Source: Oscillospiraceae bacterium (lineage in GTDB: Bacteria; Bacillota; Clostridia; Oscillospirales; Oscillospiraceae). Taken from it: a DNA stretch of 64,000 nucleotides. Of this stretch, positions 1 to 7,138 are shown one piece after another. Both the position numbers and the translations under genes were made by a program. Location: assembly GCA_020025595.1 (NCBI GenBank), contig JAHHRV010000007.1, positions 44,311 through 108,310 of the forward strand. The letters are read 5' to 3'. The notes under the pieces were generated by a model. The model saw only the letters and a list, made by a program, of their open reading frames with translations, was not told the DNA's origin and did no database searches. The stretch's first letter is position 1. Each line of letters begins with the position of its first letter.

Positions 1-37
1 CAGGGAACGGCCATATACTATGAAACCAACTGAATAG

Positions 38-199
38 AACAAAGGGTTCGTCGCTATGGCGGCGTTAAATTGGAAACCGGTTAGAATCCGGTACAGACAC
101 CCCTGCTGTGAAGCTGACGATCAAACAATAGATACCATTGGGAAATTCCTGAGAAGGCGTTTGAGAGGTTGAAGCGAGTCAGAAAACAAGCCCTTTGTT
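38..199 (+). promoter_or_regulatory. Cobalamin (B12) riboswitch aptamer
   Basis: The conserved core ttggaaaccggttagaatccggtacagacacccctgctgtgaagc lies at 64-113. A ccattggg...gagaaggcg element lies at 135-159. A B12-box-like agtcagaaaacaagccc lies at 177-193. P1 closes by pairing aacaaaggg (38-46) with ccctttgtt (191-199). The element sits directly upstream of the CDS at 344. Confidence 0.8.
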
Positions 200-274
200 G
201 AGATAGAAGGTGAATCTGGGATGAAGAGATACCTGTTTTATGCCCTGTAGGGGTATTTTTTGCGTTTTTTTCCA

Positions 275-303
275 AACCTTCTGTCTTGACAGAAGGTTTT
301 TTT
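275..303 (+). terminator. Intrinsic terminator forming the riboswitch expression platform
   Basis: A perfect 11-bp stem pairs aaccttctgtc (275-285) with gacagaaggtt (288-298), and a T-run follows at 299-303. agaaggt at 206-212 can pair instead with accttct at 276-282, which would form an antiterminator. Confidence 0.8.
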
Positions 304-343
304 AGTTGTCCAGAGACATCCAAAAAAGAAAAGGAGATTGGTC

Positions 344-3300
344 ATGAGGAAAAACAACGCAAAACGATGGGGACATCGAGCACTGGCTTTAATGCTTGCA
401 TTACTGCTGGTTCAGACAGCCCCCCTTGCTCCCCTGGCTGTCAGTGCAGCATCTACTGCAGCGCAAGCCAGTGTAGCACCTGAGGAGACTCAGGTTAACC
501 AAGCAACTGAGGAAACTCAGGTCACCGAAGCAACTGAGGAAACTCAGGTCACCGAAGCAACCGAGGAAACTCAGGTCACCGAAGCAACTGAGGAAACTCA
601 GGTTACCGAAGCAACTGAGGAAACTCAGGTCACCGAAGCAACTGAGGAAACTCAGGTCACCGAAGCAACTGAGGAAACTCAGATTGCCGAAGCAACTGAG
701 GAAACTCAGGTCACCGAAGCAACCGAGGAAACTCAGGGCACCGAAGCAACTGAGGAAACTCAGGGCACCGAAGCAACTGAGGAGACTCAGGGCAGCACAG
801 CAGCTGATAAGGTTCAGGTCTTCGCAGCATCTGGTACGGTGCAGGTCACCACTGCAGATGATCTGCCGAGTGTTATTCCTGCAGGCATGACTTACGAGCT
901 GGCTAACGACATTACTTATGAGTACGACTCCATCGATGTGCAAGGTGTTTTGGACGGAAAGGGTCACACCATTACCTTGATCGGTCAGCCTCTGGCCGAA
1001 AATGTAACCGGAAAGATCCAGAACCTGATCGTTAAATCCTCACGGCCTATGCGCAGAAATAACTCAGGCAGCATCGCCGTATATCTGACTGGCGGTAAGC
1101 TCTACAACTGCCTGTCTACCGTGACAATGTATGGAGATGTGGCAAGCCAGATGGGCGGCCTTGTTTATCGTGCAGAAGCCGGCTCAGAGATCAGAAACTG
1201 TATTTTTGCCGGAGAGTTCACGAAGGTTGCGGGATATAGTATTGTCAGAGATGCTATAGATCTCAGTAACCCTGTGAAGCCTTCCACTTTTTCTAACTGC
1301 TTTTTTGACAGCAGTAACAAAAAAGGTGCAATTGGTAACGGTAAAGAAGGCACTCATTATTACATTAAACTTCCCGTAGAAGGCAAGACTGTAGAAGAGA
1401 TGAAGACTGCCGAGTTTGTGGATCAGCTCAATCAGCAGAAGCTGGGCACAGGCTTCATCTGGAAGGCTGCAGCAGGCCAGTTCCCCATACTGGTTTCCGG
1501 AGGAGAGATCTTTGAGCAGGCCAATCTGGATAATCTGAAAGCGGCTATCAAGGATGCCGAAAGCAGACACGAGACGAACTACACAAAAGATACCTGGGCA
1601 GCTATGCAGGAAGTGCTGACTAGAGCCAGAGCGACAGTTGCTGAATTCGGCGTTTCTCAGGAAAAGGTGAATGCAGCGGCTGCAGAGCTGAATGCAGCAC
1701 TGAAAGCCCTGAAGGAAAAGGTTCGTGACCATTTCCCGGTGGAGCTTCCCAAGGATGGTATTGTTTACATTTCCAGTGCGCAAGAGTTCAAAAAAATGCA
1801 TTTCGATGATCCCAATAAAGTCTATCAGCTGACGCAGGACATCGAGATCAACAGCGGCTTCATCAACCACCCGGTGAAAGGTGTTTTCGACGGCGGCGGA
1901 CATACGATCACCCTGAATTACGGGTATTCGGGCGGCGTCCCCCTCTTTAGTGAGATCTTGTCTACCGGTGTGGTGCAGAACCTGAATGTGAGAGTAGAGG
2001 GAAGTTCCACCAATCATGAGGATTTTGCCCCTTATGCCGGAGAGCTGAAAGGCGGTATGATCGTCAACTGCGTGAGCCAGGTATCCGGTCAGTGTTCCAC
2101 CGGCTTTGTCATGAAGATGACCGAAGGCGGCGTCATGGCCAACTGCCTTACCATGGGTCATAACCGCCGTGGCGCATTCGTCCACTTCCAGAAATCTACC
2201 GACCACAGAAACACCAACGGTTTCAGTGACGGTAAGTTCTATAACTGCTACTGGGCATCCTCCAACTCTGTGGAAAACATTTTGGAGATCTCTCAGGACA
2301 GCATGTTCTCCTGCAGACCCATAGGGGATGAGGAACTGCGTTCCGACGGCTTTATGGGGCTGCTCAACCAAAACAAGGGCACAAACGGCCGTAGCTGGGG
2401 CCGAGATTCTGAGGGTTACCCCTATCTGGGCGAAGACAAGGGCGATCATGTGATCGATGGCTCCCAGAACCTTTACCCGGTAGAATTCGTATGGCACGAC
2501 GGCAGGGTCGAAACCGTGGAGAACGGCAGACTGGAACTCTCCCCTCAGATGACCACTGACAATAACCGTGTTGCCGGTAAGTTCCAGCTGAAGAATGTTC
2601 CTGAGGGAAGCACCATCAGCTGGTCCAGCGAGGACAGATCGAATCGGGATGTTATCGCTGTGTACGAAAATGCCGAGCTGTGCGTGTTCCAGGACGGCGG
2701 TGCTGTTGTAAGAGCTACCGAGCGCAAGGCTGACGGCTCCGAGCAGCTGGCTGCCGAAATTCGAGTTGTTTCCAATTCTCAGAAGATTGAACAGCTTCGC
2801 CTCGTGCTGGACGGCAAAGTTGTGGAGGACGAAATCACCGTTAAGGGCTCTGAAGATAAGACTCTGGAAATTCAGGCCAGATATGCTGGCGAGAGCGATT
2901 TCAAGCCCTTGCCTTCTTATCTTGTCAAGATGCAGCCGAAAGACCGCGACTATCTGTTCACTTCCTATAATTCTTCCACGTTCCACTGTAAAAAACCCGG
3001 CAGCAGTGTCCTTGAGGTTGTCACCCCCAAGGGTGATGTGTCTGTATCTGTAACGGTCACATCCAAGTATGTTCCCGTTAAGAGCGTAAAGCCCGGACTT
3101 GCCGGCCAAACGACGATCCACGGCAGAAACTCCATGGGCAGCGGCCAGTTTAACGACATTCCCGTAACCGTCAATGTAGAACCCGCAAACGCAAGCTACA
3201 AGGACAATTACACCGTAGAAAGCAGCAACCTTGAAATCGCTGAGTTCGGCAGCCGTAAGTCCTATGTACCCTTCAAGAACGGCACCGTCACTTTCACCGC

Positions 3301-6010
3301 AAAGATCAATGACGACGGCAAAATCGTACAGGGCACCAGTGAAGTTACATTTGTCTATCAAAATCCTCTGGTAAGTGTTACCACCCCCTCCGAGAAGATC
3401 AATGCTGAGGTTGGCAAGAAGCAGAAGCTGGATCTGACCTTTACAGGCAAGAACGCCAACTATGCTGCTGTTTCCGAGCCCGAACTGGTGTGGACTTACA
3501 GCAAGACCGGTATCGTAAGTATCAACCGTCCCAGCCCTCTGACGCAGCTGAGAGATACCAATAGCCCGGATGCCGGCGACTGGGTGGCATCCACAGAGTA
3601 TGAACTGAAACCCATGAGACCCGGCACTGTTAAAGTAACTGGAACTCCTGTGGATAAAACGGCAGGTGCAAAACCCGTGACCTTCACCGTGACTGTCACC
3701 GGTGACGAAGCCAACATCCCCGTATTTGACATTCCCAAGTTCATTGCCGCAGGCAAGGCAGCAGCAACCAAGCATTTGATGGGAAAGATCGACTATTCCT
3801 TCGGTCAGGAGTGGAACATCTACGCTCTGATGCGTGACGGACAGAAGCTGCCTCAGGACAAGCTGGACAGCTACTACAGAAGTGCAGCTGCCACCGTCAA
3901 GAGCTGGAAGTCCGACATTCTGGCTACGGAGATCGAGCGTACCGCTCTGGCTCTGAGCATTATTGGCAAGGACATCACCAATGTGGATGGTATCAATCTG
4001 GCCAATATGATCTGCAACCATCCGAATCTGGCCCGTCAGGGCAGCAACGCTCTGACCTGGGGCCTCATTGCTCTGGATCTCAAGAACACCCCGATTCCCG
4101 CCGGTGCCAAGTGGACCAGAGAGAGAATGGTAAAAGAACTGCTCACCTATCAGAACCCGGATGGCGGTTTCGGCCTTAGCAAGAATGGCGGATCCGGCCT
4201 GGATATTACTGCAATGACCTTGCAGGCACTGTCCTTCTATCAGAATATGGACGGTGTTCAGGAGGCTGTGGAGCGTGGCGTAGCCTACATGGCCAAGTGT
4301 TTAGAGAAGAATCTGGATTATGGCAACGCTGAATCCATTTCTCAGGTAGTCATCGCCCTGTCCGTTCTGGGCAGAGATCTGGTGACAGAGCCGGGCTTCG
4401 GCGATCAGGTGGACAACCTGATGTCCGCACTGGAAGCATATCTGGTGGAAGATCAGGGCTTTGAGCATGCAAAGGGTCAGGGTGTCAACACCATGGCTAC
4501 CGTGCAGGTCATGCAGGCTCTGTGTGCCTATGAGCGCTTGAGCAAGAACGAGAGCGGCTACTGGGATCTGCTGGGCAACAGACCCGTATTTGACCCGGTT
4601 GCCAATGTGATTGAAATGATCGACAAGCTGCCCGGTGAAATCACCCTCAAAGATATCGCAGCTGTCCGTGCCGCACGGAAGGCATTCGATTCCCTGCGCC
4701 CCCAGCAGCAGGAGAATGTGACCAACATCGATAAGCTCCTCAAGGCAGAGGAAGCCGTAAAGAACCTGTCTCAGAATGACAAGAAGGCACTGGAAGTGAT
4801 GGATCTCATCTCCGAACTGCCCGAGACCCCCACCCTGAAAAACGCTCAGCAGGTTCGTGCTGCCCGTCAGGCCTATAATGCCCTGACTGCAGAGCAAAGA
4901 AAGAAGGTCACAAATACCGATAAGCTCCTGAAGGCCGAAAAGACCATCGCAGATTTGGAGACCGCTCAGGAAGTTATCGATGCAATCCACGCATTCCCCA
5001 AGCCCATCACCGCAGAAGCCAAGGCTGCTATCGAAGCTGCCCGTCAGGCTTATAACGCACTGTCCAACGAGCAGAAGGAACTGGTTGTAAACCGCTATAT
5101 GCTCGAGAAGGCAGAAAAGGAACTGGAAGATGCTCTGGCAGTGAAGAAGGTGGTCGATGCCATCAACGCTCTGCCCGAGACCGTGAAAAAAGAAGACGGT
5201 GTGGCAATCAAGACCGCCCGTGCCGCCTATGAGCAGCTGAGCGATGCGCTGAAGGCTCAGGTTACCAATCTGGACAAGCTCCAGAAGGCTGAAAAGGCTC
5301 TGAAGGCCCTGCGTGTTCCCTCCGGCAAGCCCGGCGGAGCAGCTCAGGAAGAGATCGTCAGCAATCTGGTGGAAGCCAAGGTAGAAAACGGCAAGGTGTC
5401 TGCAGAGCAGCTGGAGAATATCCAGGGTAAGGATATGCTGCTGCAGATTAACGGCACTATGGAAACCGGCGAAAAGTATGTGCTTACCATCTACGGCAAG
5501 GACATCAGCAAGGCTGCAGACCTCAACACCCTCATGACCCGCAAGGGCATGCACGAAGATGACATCCGCAAGCTGGCAGATAATCCGGAAATCTTCCGCT
5601 TTGCAGAAGACGGAGCATTCCCTGCTTCCATGCTGGTGCAGCTGGAAAGCAAGCTGGAGAACGGTCAGTACCTGCTGATGCACTTCGATCCTGTGCAGCG
5701 CAATGCAACCCTTGTGACACGCGCAGATGTTAAGGACGGACAGGTGCAGTTCGTGCTGCAGGAAGGCGGCGAGTACTTCCTGGCTAAAAAAGCAAGCGCA
5801 AAGTCCTTGCTCAACGACGAAGAAACTGCAAAACCGACAGAAGAAACGATGGCACCTGAGAGCACGGAAGAGACCGTTCCTCAGATTGTGGAACAGAACA
5901 ACACTTCCGGTGGTCTTTGGATTTGGCTCGTGCTGGCAGCGGCAGTCGTAATCGGTGCTGCGATTCTGTGTGTGGTGTATATGCAGAAGAAAAAGGAGCA
6001 AAATAAGTGA
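344..6010 (+). CDS. Giant cell-surface protein. It has a signal peptide, a TEATEETQV stalk, two beta-helix-like modules, FIVAR-like helices, Ig-like (Big_2-like) domains, a prenyltransferase/terpene-cyclase-like alpha/alpha toroid, four helical repeats and a C-terminal TM anchor.
   Basis: The ORF track starts this frame at a TTG at 338. I prefer the ATG at 344, which has the GGAG core (333-336) of the aaggag RBS 7 nt upstream. The N-terminus MRKNNAKRWGHRALALMLALLLV...AVSAAS looks like a signal peptide. The motifs LDGKGHTITL and FDGGGHTITL fit beta-helix modules. The QNPDGGFGLSKNGGSGLDITAMTLQAL stretch is a toroid repeat motif. The C-terminus GLWIWLVLAAAVVIGAAILCVVYMQKKK is a TM segment with a basic tail. 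Confidence 0.85.
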   Translation: MRKNNAKRWGHRALALMLALLLVQTAPLAPLAVSAASTAAQASVAPEETQVNQATEETQVTEATEETQVTEATEETQVTEATEETQVTEATEETQVTEATEETQVTEATEETQIAEATEETQVTEATEETQGTEATEETQGTEATEETQGSTAADKVQVFAASGTVQVTTADDLPSVIPAGMTYELANDITYEYDSIDVQGVLDGKGHTITLIGQPLAENVTGKIQNLIVKSSRPMRRNNSGSIAVYLTGGKLYNCLSTVTMYGDVASQMGGLVYRAEAGSEIRNCIFAGEFTKVAGYSIVRDAIDLSNPVKPSTFSNCFFDSSNKKGAIGNGKEGTHYYIKLPVEGKTVEEMKTAEFVDQLNQQKLGTGFIWKAAAGQFPILVSGGEIFEQANLDNLKAAIKDAESRHETNYTKDTWAAMQEVLTRARATVAEFGVSQEKVNAAAAELNAALKALKEKVRDHFPVELPKDGIVYISSAQEFKKMHFDDPNKVYQLTQDIEINSGFINHPVKGVFDGGGHTITLNYGYSGGVPLFSEILSTGVVQNLNVRVEGSSTNHEDFAPYAGELKGGMIVNCVSQVSGQCSTGFVMKMTEGGVMANCLTMGHNRRGAFVHFQKSTDHRNTNGFSDGKFYNCYWASSNSVENILEISQDSMFSCRPIGDEELRSDGFMGLLNQNKGTNGRSWGRDSEGYPYLGEDKGDHVIDGSQNLYPVEFVWHDGRVETVENGRLELSPQMTTDNNRVAGKFQLKNVPEGSTISWSSEDRSNRDVIAVYENAELCVFQDGGAVVRATERKADGSEQLAAEIRVVSNSQKIEQLRLVLDGKVVEDEITVKGSEDKTLEIQARYAGESDFKPLPSYLVKMQPKDRDYLFTSYNSSTFHCKKPGSSVLEVVTPKGDVSVSVTVTSKYVPVKSVKPGLAGQTTIHGRNSMGSGQFNDIPVTVNVEPANASYKDNYTVESSNLEIAEFGSRKSYVPFKNGTVTFTAKINDDGKIVQGTSEVTFVYQNPLVSVTTPSEKINAEVGKKQKLDLTFTGKNANYAAVSEPELVWTYSKTGIVSINRPSPLTQLRDTNSPDAGDWVASTEYELKPMRPGTVKVTGTPVDKTAGAKPVTFTVTVTGDEANIPVFDIPKFIAAGKAAATKHLMGKIDYSFGQEWNIYALMRDGQKLPQDKLDSYYRSAAATVKSWKSDILATEIERTALALSIIGKDITNVDGINLANMICNHPNLARQGSNALTWGLIALDLKNTPIPAGAKWTRERMVKELLTYQNPDGGFGLSKNGGSGLDITAMTLQALSFYQNMDGVQEAVERGVAYMAKCLEKNLDYGNAESISQVVIALSVLGRDLVTEPGFGDQVDNLMSALEAYLVEDQGFEHAKGQGVNTMATVQVMQALCAYERLSKNESGYWDLLGNRPVFDPVANVIEMIDKLPGEITLKDIAAVRAARKAFDSLRPQQQENVTNIDKLLKAEEAVKNLSQNDKKALEVMDLISELPETPTLKNAQQVRAARQAYNALTAEQRKKVTNTDKLLKAEKTIADLETAQEVIDAIHAFPKPITAEAKAAIEAARQAYNALSNEQKELVVNRYMLEKAEKELEDALAVKKVVDAINALPETVKKEDGVAIKTARAAYEQLSDALKAQVTNLDKLQKAEKALKALRVPSGKPGGAAQEEIVSNLVEAKVENGKVSAEQLENIQGKDMLLQINGTMETGEKYVLTIYGKDISKAADLNTLMTRKGMHEDDIRKLADNPEIFRFAEDGAFPASMLVQLESKLENGQYLLMHFDPVQRNATLVTRADVKDGQVQFVLQEGGEYFLAKKASAKSLLNDEETAKPTEETMAPESTEETVPQIVEQNNTSGGLWIWLVLAAAVVIGAAILCVVYMQKKKEQNK
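482..805 (+). repeat. In-frame 27-bp tandem repeat, about 12 copies, encoding (A/E)TEETQVTE units
   Basis: The unit gaagcaactgaggaaactcaggtcacc is repeated head to tail with only a few substitutions, as read directly from the sequence. Confidence 0.95.
4606..5310 (+). repeat. Four tandem helical protein repeats of about 55-63 aa inside the giant protein
   Basis: The recurring pattern is V(I/M/V)(E/D).I..(L/F)P......(V/I)..AR.AY..L...Q...V.N.DKL.KAEK. It can be seen four times in the translation. Confidence 0.6.
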
Positions 6011-6708
6011 AAAGAATCATAGCGATACTGCTGTGTCTGATCATGCTTGTCGGTTTGGTAGGCTGCGGCGCACAGAAGACAGAGCAGACCGTTCAGACCG
6101 AAAGCAAACCGGAAAACGTCACAACCGAAGCAACCACTGAACCCGCGGATACCAAGCCTTCTGAATCGAAAGATGAGTTTGATGTGGAGAACATAACCGC
6201 CGAAACTCAGGATTTTTCAAAGTACGAGGAAAAGAAGGATAAGTACCTGACCGATCCCGTCCCCGAGGGACAGCAGAAGCCTGTGGAACCGGAAGATGTG
6301 CAGATCGATAAAACCAACAGCAAAACCTGCTATCTGTCCATTACCTGCCATACGATCCTGGATAATATGGGAGATCTGGAAGACGGCAAGGAAGTTCTGG
6401 TTCCCTCTGACGGCGTGATTCTTCCGGAAACCGAAGTGGAGTTCTTTGAAGGAGAATCCGTGTTCAATGTGCTGCAGAGAGAGACCCGAAACCGCCGGAT
6501 CCACATGGAATCCCGCTTCGTGTCAATGTATAACAGTGCTTATATTGAGGGCATTGGCAATCTCTATGAGTTTGACTGTGGCAGCGGCAGCGGCTGGATG
6601 TACCGTGTAAACGGCTGGTTCCCCAACTATGGTGTGAGCCGCTATGCAGTTCAGCAGGGAGATGTTATCGAGCTGATCTACACCTGTGATCTGGGTAAAG
6701 ACCTGTAA
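6007..6708 (+). CDS. DUF4430-domain lipoprotein with a transcobalamin beta-domain-like fold family
   Basis: The GTG start overlaps the upstream stop as GTGA. The lipobox is LVGLVG|C. A long acidic linker follows. The C-terminal motifs are typical of DUF4430: SVFNVLQ..., SAYIEGIGNLYEF, GSGWMYRVNGWFPNYGVSRYAVQQGDVIELIYT. Confidence 0.85.
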   Translation: MKRIIAILLCLIMLVGLVGCGAQKTEQTVQTESKPENVTTEATTEPADTKPSESKDEFDVENITAETQDFSKYEEKKDKYLTDPVPEGQQKPVEPEDVQIDKTNSKTCYLSITCHTILDNMGDLEDGKEVLVPSDGVILPETEVEFFEGESVFNVLQRETRNRRIHMESRFVSMYNSAYIEGIGNLYEFDCGSGSGWMYRVNGWFPNYGVSRYAVQQGDVIELIYTCDLGKDL

Positions 6709-6731
6709 CTGCAAAATTTAACAAAAGCGAA

Positions 6732-6765
6732 ACCGCAGATGTACTTGTTACATCTGCGGTTTTTC
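6732..6765 (+). terminator. Intrinsic terminator ending the riboswitch-controlled two-gene unit
   Basis: A 12-bp stem pairs accgcagatgta with tacatctgcggt, and tttt follows. Confidence 0.85.
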
Positions 6766-7040
6766 TTACCGTTTGTTTTGAGATAAGTATCGACCTGTTT
6801 GGCTTTTCTGAGCGGAATGGTTCACACAAGCAGATGCCGGGTAAATATTAAACCTTCCAACAGAGTTTTATAATATCATCATACAAAACCAATACAGAAA
6901 TTCCCCTAGCTTCTCAACCATTTTTTTGGAATCGTTCACTTTTAGATGCTCACAGCTGTGCAGAACAAGTCAATGGTTTCGTTCTAAAAATGTCATATAA
7001 TCACGGGAAATCCAGTATATTTTCTGCGTATGGCAGAAAC

Positions 7041-7069
7041 AAGGGGTGGTAGCACAGCTACCACCCCTT
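7041..7069 (-). terminator. Hairpin downstream of the amylopullulanase gene
   Basis: A 13-bp stem pairs aaggggtggtagc with gctaccacccctt. The T-tract on the minus strand is weak (gtttct). Confidence 0.55.
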
Positions 7070-7138
7070 AATATAATTTTGCTCTGATTGACCGGCTCCA
7101 GTATTCGTGAGCGCAGTGGTTCAATTATTCATTGGCAT

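Noticed and set aside
225-270. A second hairpin (atacc...ggtat followed by ttttttgcgttttttt) as the riboswitch terminator
   Set aside because: Only about 5 bp of convincing pairing can be seen by eye. The perfect 11-bp hairpin at 275-303 is the better terminator. The T-rich tract may just be a spacer.
482-805. Whether the regular 27-bp repeats could be a CRISPR array
   Set aside because: The units are contiguous with no spacers. They are in frame inside a long CDS and encode a TEATEETQV peptide repeat. No cas genes or leader are present.
1184-6001. Long antisense ORFs (1184-4021, 945 aa; 4301-6001, 566 aa) opposite the giant surface-protein gene
   Set aside because: These are shadow ORFs. 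Their translations are low-complexity and rich in Leu, Gly, Val and Cys, with no motifs, RBS or signal. The sense strand has coherent domain structure.
6709-7138. The 430-bp AT-rich intergenic region, checked for tRNA, sRNA, IS ends or att sites
   Set aside because: There is no cloverleaf-compatible sequence, no terminal inverted repeats and no direct repeats matching the other island border (13394-13900). Only the two terminators are supportable.
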